NCBI GenBank assembly: GCA_050696795.1 | Contig: JBOGYJ010000081.1 | Span: 1-60,754, forward strand | DNA: 60,754 bases | Reading direction: 5' to 3' | From: Solirubrobacteraceae bacterium | GTDB taxonomy: Bacteria; Actinomycetota; Thermoleophilia; Solirubrobacterales; Solirubrobacteraceae | In this document: piece by piece, positions 19,523-28,097 of the stretch | Layout: every line of letters starts with the position of its first letter | How positions within the stretch are numbered: position 1 is the first letter of the stretch | The notes under the pieces: model-generated | The model's database searches: none | Told to the model about the DNA's origin: nothing | Seen by the model: only the letters and a program-made list of their open reading frames with translations | Position numbers and translations under genes: made by a program

Positions 19523-20722
19523 ATGGCCGTGCCCACCATCCATCCGGCCCTACGCGAGGTGATCGAGCAACTCGCCCCACTCGAGCGCCCCCCCGGGTCA
19601 CCCGGAGAGGCCCAGGCAGCTGCCTGGATCGCCGAGCGTCTCCGTGCTGCCGGCTGTGATGCGACCGTCGAGGCCGCTCAGTACCACGACGGCTACGCCA
19701 AGCCGATCGGGATGCTGGCCGCGCTCACCACCTTTGCGGGCCTGGTCGCGCTGCGCAGGCGGGGGCGACTCGCCGGAGGTGCGCTGGCCGCGCTCGCGGG
19801 AGCAGCGATCGCCGACGACGTGGCCAACACCCACCGCGTATTCCGCCGCCGGCTGACCAAGCCGCTACCCACCCAGAACGTGGTCGCGATCACCGGCGAC
19901 CGTGACGCCGACCGCACGCTGGTGGTCCTCGCACACCACGACGCCGCCTCGACCGGGCTGATCTTCGATCCGCGCTTCCAGGCATGGCTCGCCCACGAGT
20001 TCCCCGGACTCGTCGAACGTCTAGACACCTCGTTCCCGCTTTGGTGGCTGGTGCTCGCCGGTCCGGCAGCCGTGACGCTGGGAGCGGCGCTTCGGCGCAG
20101 GTCACTGGTGGCCGCCGGCAGTGCCGTCGCCGCCACCACCACCGCGACGATGGCCAACATCCATGCGAGCCCGGTGGTGCCGGGCGCAAACGACAACCTC
20201 TCGGCCGTGTCGGTGCTGGTCGCGCTCGCGGAACGGCTGCACGACGAACCGATCCGCGGACTGCGCGTGATGCTGGTCTCGTGTGGTGCCGAGGAGGTGA
20301 TCCAGGGCGGGATCAACTCTTTCGCGAAGCAGCACTTTCCCACGTTGCCTCAGGACCGCACCTGGTTCTTGACGCTCGACACGGTCGGTTCTCCGATCTT
20401 GGCCATGTGCGAGGGCGAAGGTCCAGTGGTGATGGAGGACTACTACGACCGCCGCTTCCGCGATCTGGTCGCGCGCGTCGCCGACCGCTCGGGCGCCCCG
20501 TTGCGTCGCGGCTTGCGCGCACGCAACTCAACCGACGCCGTGATCCCGAGTCACGCGCGCTATCCCACCGCACTGCTGATCTCGATCGACCGGCACAAGG
20601 CACTCTCGAACTACCACCTGCTCTCCGACACACCCGAGAACATCGACTACAGGACGGTCGAGCAGGCGCTACACGTAACCGAGGCGGTTGCCCGCGAGTT
20701 GGCAGCCAACCCCTGGATCTGA
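19523..20722 (+). CDS. M28-family metallopeptidase with membrane segments
   Basis: AHHDA, PGANDNLS, GAEE, LDTVG, NYH..SDT zinc-ligand motifs. Confidence 0.82.
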   Translation: MAVPTIHPALREVIEQLAPLERPPGSPGEAQAAAWIAERLRAAGCDATVEAAQYHDGYAKPIGMLAALTTFAGLVALRRRGRLAGGALAALAGAAIADDVANTHRVFRRRLTKPLPTQNVVAITGDRDADRTLVVLAHHDAASTGLIFDPRFQAWLAHEFPGLVERLDTSFPLWWLVLAGPAAVTLGAALRRRSLVAAGSAVAATTTATMANIHASPVVPGANDNLSAVSVLVALAERLHDEPIRGLRVMLVSCGAEEVIQGGINSFAKQHFPTLPQDRTWFLTLDTVGSPILAMCEGEGPVVMEDYYDRRFRDLVARVADRSGAPLRRGLRARNSTDAVIPSHARYPTALLISIDRHKALSNYHLLSDTPENIDYRTVEQALHVTEAVARELAANPWI

Positions 20723-20735
20723 GAAGTTGCCGCCG

Positions 20736-20906
20736 ATGACACTCGTGACCGAACTCGAGCTGCCGCAGATCAATACGCTGCGTGAGCGGCCACGCGAGCT
20801 CGCGCCGAACGTCGCCGAGGAGACCCTGCGCGACGAGCCGATCACGGCGTGGCACGCCGTCCGGATCTACGGCTTAGACAGCCTGCCGCTCCGCTTCGTG
20901 CGCTAG
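20736..20906 (+). pseudogene. Internally deleted cytochrome P450 remnant
   Basis: 56 aa containing LRERP.ELAPNV.EETLR.EPIT (J/K-helix ExxR) and C-terminal IYGLDSLPLRF; no heme Cys motif. Confidence 0.6.
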
Positions 20907-21809
20907 CCGCGGTGTCCGTTGGCCCCCCGGCACGGTCCAGAGCGCATCGTCCCCGAGCGGATGGCGCTCGGCGTGGCCCTCGGCCACCCGCGCAAGCAGC
21001 GCGCGCTCGGCGCCACGGCGGTCGGGCAGGTCGTTGCTGACCGTCAGCAGCGCTCCCACCTCCTGGGTGGTGAGCCCGAAGCTGAAGTACTCGAGCAACT
21101 CGCCCACATCCGCCGGCGGCGCCTTGCGCTCGAGTGTCGGGTCGAGGTTCGCGACCAGCACGTCGTAGGCCTCGACCGTCTGCATCCCGCCGGCCTCGAG
21201 CCGCAGGCCGTCAGCAGCACGGGTGAAGACCACCGACGGAGCGGTGTAGCGGACGTGGCCGTCGCTGTTGCCCGCCTTGCCCTGAAACTCGGTCGGCGAA
21301 CCCGCCGCGGTGCGCGTCTCCGCTTTGTCGGCCTCGTAGTCGGCGAGCACCTCCGGCGAGTCGATCAGCGCGACGATGCGATCGGCATCGACGCCGTCGA
21401 CGACGCTCAACACGTCGCGCAGCTGCTCGTCCTCGTCGAACAGCAGCGGCGTGTTGAAGTTTGCGAGCTGCAGCGTGCGGAACACCGCCCATTCGCTGCC
21501 CGGCCACTCGCGCCGCGCAGCGATGACGGCGCGGCAGGCTCGCGACGAGGCCGCGAGCCGAGACTTGACGATCAGGCTGAACGGCATCCCCCACTGCTCA
21601 CGGAAGCGGACGTCTCCCTGAGCTCTGCGCAGCGGGGTATAACCGTTCGATTCGTAGCGCGATGTGTCCTCGCTGAGGCCGACGAGCACGAGGCGCCAAT
21701 TGATCTGGCTGCCATAGCGCCACTCGATCACGCGCAGTGCCGGGTTTTCCGAGTAACCGAAGGGACAGGCTGGGTCGCTGTAGAGCGTGGCTGAGAGCGG
21801 AGAGGTCAT
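20874..21809 (-). CDS. DsbA/FrnE-like thioredoxin-fold protein with C-terminal extension
   Basis: LYSDPACPFGY, RYTAPS cis-Pro loop; TAGTCT -10 box 7 nt upstream of ATG. Confidence 0.72.
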   Translation of the reverse strand: MTSPLSATLYSDPACPFGYSENPALRVIEWRYGSQINWRLVLVGLSEDTSRYESNGYTPLRRAQGDVRFREQWGMPFSLIVKSRLAASSRACRAVIAARREWPGSEWAVFRTLQLANFNTPLLFDEDEQLRDVLSVVDGVDADRIVALIDSPEVLADYEADKAETRTAAGSPTEFQGKAGNSDGHVRYTAPSVVFTRAADGLRLEAGGMQTVEAYDVLVANLDPTLERKAPPADVGELLEYFSFGLTTQEVGALLTVSNDLPDRRGAERALLARVAEGHAERHPLGDDALWTVPGGQRTPRLAHEAERQAV

Positions 21810-21866
21810 ACCAGAGAGACTAGGGAACAGCACTCGCCGGCTGGAGCGCTTTAGCGGATGCTGCGG

Positions 21867-22016
21867 CCGGCGACCGTGTCAGCCCGCGCCGCGAGGGACG
21901 ACCCTGTCAGCCCGCGGCGCGCGGGACGACCCTGTCAGCCCGCGCCACGAGGGACGACCCTGTCAACGCGCGGCGCGAGGGACGACCCCGTCAGCCCGCG
22001 CCGCGAGGGACGACGC
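21867..22016 (+). repeat. 28-bp tandem repeat, ~5.5 copies, overlapping the 3' end of the AbiEi-DUF559 gene
   Basis: Unit gggacgaccctgtcagcccgcgccgcga at 21867, 21895, 21923, 21951, 21979, partial at 22007. Confidence 0.95.
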
Positions 22017-22896
22017 CGTGACGGACGAGGTCCGCATAGACCTCCTCGCACGCGCGCTTGACGAGGTCCCAGTCGTAGCGAACCACACGGTGGCCGTGCT
22101 TGCGGAGGGTCAGCTCCTTGCGGCGGTCCACGCGAAGCTGGCCCGGCTTCGAGTGGTTCCCGATGCCATCGACCTCGGCCACGAGGTCCTGCTCCGGCCA
22201 GTAGGCGTCCACGGGGAAGCCGTAGAACCAGCGGTTGAATTGCGGGACCGGCAGTCCGAACCGCTCGCAGAGACACAGGAGCGCAACCTCCAACTCGCCG
22301 TTCGTGCGTGCCAGCTCGGGCTGGTGGATCGCCAGGGCCTCCCTCAACGCCCGGCTCCCAGGGCGTCCCTTGCCACAGATCGCACCGAGAGCCGCCAGGT
22401 CGAGCTCATCGCGGTAGTCCAGCACCGCCAACGCGCGGCGCACGAGCTTGAAGTCCCGCGGGTTGGCGGCGAGGTCGAGCAGCGTCTGGGCGATCGAGGT
22501 GGTGGGGATGTCCTTATGGCTCGCGCGTGCCAGCGCGCGGCCGGTGTGCACCTGGATGACGCCCCGGATCGACCTGATCTTCGTGCGGGGAGTCGAGACG
22601 TGGATCACGTCGGGCGGGTACATGATCAGCTCACGATGGTGCGCGCCCGAGGCGTGGCAGAGCATCGCGCCCGGCCCGGCGTAGAGCACCGCGGCCCAGA
22701 GATCCGCGTCATGGCTCGCGGCGGTGTGGCCAACCGCGTAGACGCGCGGCAGCACCCGCGTGAGGTATCGGGACCGCGTCCAGTAGTGAATCGTCGTCCG
22801 CGACAGGCCGAGCGCCACGAGTTGTGCCGCCGAAACCCGACCATGCTGGCGCCGAACGAGTCGCTCGACCCTTTCTTCCTGCCAAAAGTTCGTCAT
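21991..22896 (-). CDS. AbiEi-type HTH plus DUF559 (Vsr-like) endonuclease domain protein
   Basis: RQHGRVS..QL..LG, PRVYAVG, TTSIAQTLLDLA, VDAYWP..LVAEVDG...H, DRRKE, VVRYDW. Confidence 0.82.
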   Translation of the reverse strand: MTNFWQEERVERLVRRQHGRVSAAQLVALGLSRTTIHYWTRSRYLTRVLPRVYAVGHTAASHDADLWAAVLYAGPGAMLCHASGAHHRELIMYPPDVIHVSTPRTKIRSIRGVIQVHTGRALARASHKDIPTTSIAQTLLDLAANPRDFKLVRRALAVLDYRDELDLAALGAICGKGRPGSRALREALAIHQPELARTNGELEVALLCLCERFGLPVPQFNRWFYGFPVDAYWPEQDLVAEVDGIGNHSKPGQLRVDRRKELTLRKHGHRVVRYDWDLVKRACEEVYADLVRHGVVPRGAG

Positions 22897-22925
22897 ATAG
22901 AACAAGAGGCAGGAAGAACGCTCGG

Positions 22926-24824
22926 TTAACCCCCCAGCGGCTCCTCGGCGATGTCCCGAGTGACCAAATTGGAATAAAAACCGCCCCGCTCGAGCAGCTC
23001 CTCGTGCGTTCCCCGCTCGACGATCGCGCCCCCGTCCAAGACCACGATCTGGTCGGCGTCGCGCACCGTGGATAGGCGATGCGCGATGGTTATCGTGGTG
23101 CGTCCCTCGGCCAGCGCCTCCAGCGACGCCTGCACCGCAGCCTCGGTCTGGGTGTCAAGCGAAGAGGTGGCCTCGTCCAGGATCAGCACCGGCGGGTTCC
23201 GCAAAACCGTCCGCGCAATCGCCATGCGCTGCTTCTCTCCACCGGAGAACCGGTACCCGCGCTCGCCCACCACGGTGTCGTACCCGTCCGCCAGCGAGGC
23301 GATCAGGTCATGCACGCGCGCGGTGCGCGCAGCGTCCTCGATCTCCTCATCGGTCGCATCGGGCCGCGCAAAGCGCAGGTTCTCGCGCACGCTCTCGTGC
23401 AGCAGGTAGGTTTCCTGCGAGACCACACCTACGGTCGCGGCCAGCGAGTCCAGCGAGACGTCGCGGATGTCAACGCCGTCGATCGTGATGCGGCCGCGCT
23501 GCGGCTCGTACAGGCGCGCGGCCAGATAGCCCAACGTGGTCTTGCCGGCGCCCGTCTCGCCGACCACTGCGGTGCGGGTGCCCGCGGCCACGGTCAGGTC
23601 GATGTCATGCACCGTCCATCCGGGGCTGCCGGCTTGGGGCTCGGCAGCCCCGCCGTACCGGAACGACACCCCCTCGAAGCGCACCTCGCCCACGACCCGC
23701 GACGCGTCCAGAACCACCGGATCGTCAGCCTCGAGGATGTCGATCGGCAGATCCAAGTACTCGAAGATGCGGTCGAACAGCGCCAGCGACGCCTCGACGT
23801 CGGTGCCGGCGCTCAGCAAGGACTGGATCGGGAACAGCAAGCGCGTCTGCAGCGTCGTGAACGCGACGACCGTGCCGATCGTGATCGAGGACTGCCCGAC
23901 GAAAGCGAAGGACTGCCCCGCGAACCAGTAGATGATCGCCGGCGTGACCGCGAAGACGAACTGGATCGTGCCCATCGTCCAGCGGCCCGCCATGCGCGCG
24001 CGCACCTCGAGGTCGGCGATGCCGCGCGACTCCCCGGTGAAGCGGTCGGCGAGGTCATCGCCGCGGCCCATCGTCTTGCCGAGCATGATCCCGGAGACAG
24101 ACAGGGACTCGGCGACCAGTGCGCTCATGTCCGCCAGCCGCTTCTGCTGCTCGGTGGTGATCCGCCGGCGGAGCTTGCCGACCTGACGCGTCATCCACAC
24201 CGACGGCGGTACGAAGAACAGCGAGATCACCGCCAGCTTCCAGTTGAGGATGCACATCGCGACGATCGCGCCGATCACCGTCGTGACATTGCCCGCGATC
24301 GTCGTCGCGGTCGTGGTGATGACGTTGTCGAGCCCGCCGATGTCGTTGGAGATGCGCGACTGCACCTCGCCGGTACGGGTGCGCGTGAAGAACGCCAGCG
24401 ACATCTTCTGCAGGCGGTGGTAGACGGCGGCGCGCAGGTCGTGCATAACGCGCTGGCCGACCGCGTTGGAGAGATACGTCTGCCAGACGCTCGCCGCCTG
24501 GGTGACCAGGGCAACGGCGATCATCCCCAGCACGGTCAGGGTGAGAACCGTGTCGTCCTTGCCGAGCAGGCCGTCGTCGAGCGCCCACCGGACGAGGAAC
24601 GGGTTGAGCATGCTGATCGCGGCCGAGGCGATGATCATCAGCACCACGGTCGTCAGCCGTCTGCGGTAGGGGCTGAACAGCGCCAGGATGCGGTGGCCGT
24701 CGCGCTCGCGAGTAGGATCCATCAGCGTCGGTGTCTCCTTCTTGGGCGTGCGGAACTGGCGCATAGGGTTACCGGCCCCGCCGGCCCCATGCTGCGCTCC
24801 GATCCCATGCCCGCCGACGCTCAT
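22926..24824 (-). CDS. ABC transporter, fused permease/ATPase (exporter type)
   Basis: TM domain, GETGAGKTT, FSGGEKQR, LILDEATS, IAHRLST; start uncertain among nearby ATGs. Confidence 0.92.
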   Translation of the reverse strand: MSVGGHGIGAQHGAGGAGNPMRQFRTPKKETPTLMDPTRERDGHRILALFSPYRRRLTTVVLMIIASAAISMLNPFLVRWALDDGLLGKDDTVLTLTVLGMIAVALVTQAASVWQTYLSNAVGQRVMHDLRAAVYHRLQKMSLAFFTRTRTGEVQSRISNDIGGLDNVITTTATTIAGNVTTVIGAIVAMCILNWKLAVISLFFVPPSVWMTRQVGKLRRRITTEQQKRLADMSALVAESLSVSGIMLGKTMGRGDDLADRFTGESRGIADLEVRARMAGRWTMGTIQFVFAVTPAIIYWFAGQSFAFVGQSSITIGTVVAFTTLQTRLLFPIQSLLSAGTDVEASLALFDRIFEYLDLPIDILEADDPVVLDASRVVGEVRFEGVSFRYGGAAEPQAGSPGWTVHDIDLTVAAGTRTAVVGETGAGKTTLGYLAARLYEPQRGRITIDGVDIRDVSLDSLAATVGVVSQETYLLHESVRENLRFARPDATDEEIEDAARTARVHDLIASLADGYDTVVGERGYRFSGGEKQRMAIARTVLRNPPVLILDEATSSLDTQTEAAVQASLEALAEGRTTITIAHRLSTVRDADQIVVLDGGAIVERGTHEELLERGGFYSNLVTRDIAEEPLGG

Positions 24825-24926
24825 TGACCCCATGATGACGGGTCGCAAACGGCCGCTTCACGTTCTGAAACGAATAACCAATGTTCCCGGGCCTAAGCTC
24901 GGAGGAAATCTGCCGATGATTAAGGC

Positions 24927-26909
24927 ATGAACGAACCGTTCGACAGCTCCACCCACACAGCGCCGCTCTCGGCACACCTGAGCGCGATGCCCGGCATGCG
25001 CAATGCCATGCCCGCACCGCTGCTCGGTGGCAGCCCGTTCCCGCCGATCGCGGAATACGGGTTCCTGTCGGACTGCGAGACCACGGCACTGGTGGCGCCG
25101 GGCGGGGCGATCGAATGGCTGTGCCTGCCGCGCATCGATTCGCCCAGCGTCTTCGGGGCTATCTTGGATCGCGACGCCGGCTCCTTCCGGCTCGGCCCCT
25201 CCGGGATCAGCGTCCCCGCCGCGCGCCGCTACCTCCCGGGCACGATGGTGCTCGAGACCAGCTGGGGCACCGGCTCGGGCTGGATCATCGTCCGTGATGC
25301 GCTGCTGATCGGCGGCTGGCACCACGAGGACGACCGTTCCGGCACGCACCGCCGCGCGCCCACCGACTACGACGCCGACCACGTGCTGCTGCGCACGATC
25401 CGTTGCGTCAACGGCCAGGTCGAGATCATCATGGACTGCGAGCCGGTGTTCGAGTACGGCACCAAGCAGGTGCACTGGGAGTACACCGGCGACGGCTACA
25501 GCGACGGCACGGCCACGGCACCGGGATGCGACATCCGCCTGGGTATGCGCACCAACCTGCGGATCGGCTTCGAGGGGCCGCGCGCGACCGCACGGCACCG
25601 TATGAAGGAGGGCGAGCAGATCTACAGCGCGCTCTACTGGTCAGAGCACCCGCCCCCGCAGAACTTCGAGGAGGCCTACGAGCGCCAGGTGTGGACCGCC
25701 CACCACTGGCAGCACTGGGTCGACCGCGGCAGCTTCCCTGACCACCCCTGGCGCACGCACCTGCAGCGCAGCGCGCTGACGCTCAAGGGGCTCACCTACG
25801 CCCCCACCGGCGCCCTGATCGCAGCCTCCACCACCTCGCTGCCCGAGACCCCCCAGGGCGAGCGCAACTGGGATTACCGCTACAGCTGGATCCGCGACTC
25901 GACGTTCATGCTCTGGGCGCTCTACACGCTCGGCTTCGACTGGGAGGCCAACGACTTCTTCTACTTCATCGCCGACGTCGCCGGTGGCCACGAGGACCTG
26001 CAGGTCATGTACGGGCCCGGTGGCGAGCTGAACCTCGAGGAGACGACGCTCGAGCACCTCTCAGGGTACGAGGGCGCGCGCCCGGTGCGCATCGGCAACG
26101 ACGCCTACCGCCAGGCCCAGCATGACGTCTGGGGCGCGCTGTTGGACTCGGTCTACCTGCACACCCGCTCGCGCGACTCACTCGACGAGCGCGTGTGGCC
26201 GATCCTCAGCCGCCAGGTCGAGATGGCGATCAAGAACTGGCGCAAGCCCGACCGCGGCATCTGGGAGGTGCGCGGCGAGCCCAAGCACTTCACGTCCTCG
26301 AAGATGTTCTGCTGGGTCGCCTGCGACCGTGGCGCCCGCCTGGCCGAGATCCGCGAGGACTGGGATCTGGCCAAGCGCTGGCAGGAGGCCGCCGACGAGA
26401 TACATGCCGACGTCTGCGAGAACGGCGTCGACGAGCGCGGCGTGTTCGTCCAGCACTACGAGACCAACTCGCTCGACGCGGCGATGCTGCTGATCCCGCT
26501 GCTGCGCTTCCTGCCACCCGACGATCCGCGCATGCGCGCGACCGTGATGGCGATCGCCGACGAGCTCACCGAGAACGGGCTGGTGCTGCGCTACCGCACC
26601 GAGGAGACCGACGACGGCCTCAACGGGCGCGAGGGCACCTTCCTGATCTGCTCGTTCTGGCTGGTCTCGGCGCTGGCCGAGGTTGGCGAGCTCACCCGCG
26701 CCCGCGAGCTGTGCGAGCGGCTGCTGGGCTACGCCTCCCCCCTCGGGCTCTACGCCGAGGAGATCGACCCGCGCACCGGTCGCCACCTCGGCAACTTCCC
26801 GCAGGCGTTCACGCACCTCGCGCTGATCAACGCGGTCATGCACGTAATCCGCGCCGACGAGGCACAGTCGTACCCGAACGGTCCGCAGATCAGCCACGGC
26901 TGGTACTGA
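24927..26909 (+). CDS. Glycoside hydrolase family 15 (trehalase/glucoamylase-like)
   Basis: ASTTSLPE..GERNWDYRYSWIRD, GIWEVRG, LGLYAEE, GNFPQAFTH. Confidence 0.93.
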   Translation: MNEPFDSSTHTAPLSAHLSAMPGMRNAMPAPLLGGSPFPPIAEYGFLSDCETTALVAPGGAIEWLCLPRIDSPSVFGAILDRDAGSFRLGPSGISVPAARRYLPGTMVLETSWGTGSGWIIVRDALLIGGWHHEDDRSGTHRRAPTDYDADHVLLRTIRCVNGQVEIIMDCEPVFEYGTKQVHWEYTGDGYSDGTATAPGCDIRLGMRTNLRIGFEGPRATARHRMKEGEQIYSALYWSEHPPPQNFEEAYERQVWTAHHWQHWVDRGSFPDHPWRTHLQRSALTLKGLTYAPTGALIAASTTSLPETPQGERNWDYRYSWIRDSTFMLWALYTLGFDWEANDFFYFIADVAGGHEDLQVMYGPGGELNLEETTLEHLSGYEGARPVRIGNDAYRQAQHDVWGALLDSVYLHTRSRDSLDERVWPILSRQVEMAIKNWRKPDRGIWEVRGEPKHFTSSKMFCWVACDRGARLAEIREDWDLAKRWQEAADEIHADVCENGVDERGVFVQHYETNSLDAAMLLIPLLRFLPPDDPRMRATVMAIADELTENGLVLRYRTEETDDGLNGREGTFLICSFWLVSALAEVGELTRARELCERLLGYASPLGLYAEEIDPRTGRHLGNFPQAFTHLALINAVMHVIRADEAQSYPNGPQISHGWY

Positions 26910-26918
26910 ACCGACCGC

Positions 26919-27656
26919 CTAGAAGCCGCCGCCGGAGCGCTCGAAGACGATCTCCGGCACAACCGCCGCCGGCGAGAGCCCGAGCACGAAGCGCACGGCC
27001 GAGGCGACGTCGGCGGGACGGATCATCTGCTCAGCCGGCACCTCGCCCTTGATGAATTCGGTCATGTGCGTGTCGACCCAGCCCGGGCAGAGCGCGACCG
27101 AGCGGATGCCGTCATCGGCAAGCTCGCGGTTCATCGCCTGCGTGTAGGCGATCACGCCCGCCTTGGCGGCCGAGTAGACAGATAACCACGCCGCCGGCTG
27201 CTTGCCCGCAATCGAGGCGACGTTGACGACCTGGGCACAGCCGTGCTCGGCGCCGGCGACGCGCAGCAGGCCGAGGGCCTCGCGATACATCAGCACGATC
27301 GCCCGCAGGTTGACGTCTAGCTGCATGTCGATCAGCTTGGTCTGGTGCTCGCCGGCGGTGGCACCGACGCCGACGCCGCCGTTGTTGACGAGCACGTCGA
27401 GCCGCCCGAAGCGCTCGCGGTGAGCCGCGACGATCGCGCGGATGCCCTCCTCCTCGGCGAGATTGGCAGCTACGTGATGGACCTCGAATCCGCGCTGCGC
27501 AAGCGCCGCCGCCGTCGCGGCAAGCGGCTCCGGGCGGCGCGCGGTCAGGGTCAGCGCGTAGCCGTCCTGCGCGAGCACCTCGGCGATCGCCAGGCCGATT
27601 CCGCGTGAGCCGCCGGTCACGATCGCGGCGCGCTGGGTCATTCGCTGGTCCGCCAT
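26919..27656 (-). CDS. Short-chain dehydrogenase/reductase
   Basis: TGGSRGIG, LVNNGG, YSAAK, CPGWVDT. Confidence 0.92.
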   Translation of the reverse strand: MADQRMTQRAAIVTGGSRGIGLAIAEVLAQDGYALTLTARRPEPLAATAAALAQRGFEVHHVAANLAEEEGIRAIVAAHRERFGRLDVLVNNGGVGVGATAGEHQTKLIDMQLDVNLRAIVLMYREALGLLRVAGAEHGCAQVVNVASIAGKQPAAWLSVYSAAKAGVIAYTQAMNRELADDGIRSVALCPGWVDTHMTEFIKGEVPAEQMIRPADVASAVRFVLGLSPAAVVPEIVFERSGGGF

Positions 27657-27699
27657 GACGAAGGGGAGTTTAGGGGTCGTGACCTGAGCAGCGGGCGCC

Positions 27700-27798
27700 T
27701 TACCCGAAGAGCGCAACCGCGAACCCGGCGATCGCGATCAGCACGACGACGTAGCGCAGAACGTCCAGGGCCTTTGCGAGATCTGAAGGGTTGGCCAT
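27700..27798 (-). CDS. Possible 32-aa single-TM small protein
   Basis: MANPSDLAKALDVLRYVVVLIAIAGFAVALFG; hydrophobic C-terminal helix. Confidence 0.35.
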   Translation of the reverse strand: MANPSDLAKALDVLRYVVVLIAIAGFAVALFG

Positions 27799-27844
27799 GG
27801 CATCAACACAAGCAGCGGCATGCAAGAAGTTCATAAGCGCGGTG

Positions 27845-28053
27845 ATGCACGCCGACGCATCGGCGACGCAGATCCACGAGTCGAGCGCACCGCAGGAGGC
27901 GACATCGTCGTGCGCAAACAGCGCGTCGGCGCCTTCAGTACGACCGACCTGCACGATCAGCTCCAGGCACGCGACATCGACACGCTGCTGCTGGCCGGGA
28001 TCAGCACCGGCGAGGTGATCGAGGTCGGCGACCTGCATGCATTACTGCATTAG
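27845..28053 (+). pseudogene. Isochorismatase/cysteine hydrolase remnant (frameshifted, internally deleted)
   Basis: MHADASATQIHE in one frame, then GDIVVRKQRVGAFSTTDL...IDTLLLAGIST in another, jumping to a C-terminal EVIEVGDL. Confidence 0.65.
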
Positions 28054-28064
28054 TCGTTGCAGTT

Positions 28065-28096
28065 GTCGGCACCGTATCCGCCGATACGGTGCCGAC
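28065..28096. promoter_or_regulatory. Perfect 14-bp inverted repeat overlapping a putative -10 box (TACGGT)
   Basis: gtcggcaccgtatc-cgcc-gatacggtgccgac ends 1 nt before ATG 28098. Confidence 0.55.
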
Positions 28097-28097
28097 G

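Noticed and set aside
21867..22016. 28-bp repeats as a CRISPR array
   Set aside because: Units are contiguous with no unique spacers, and no cas genes are in the window.
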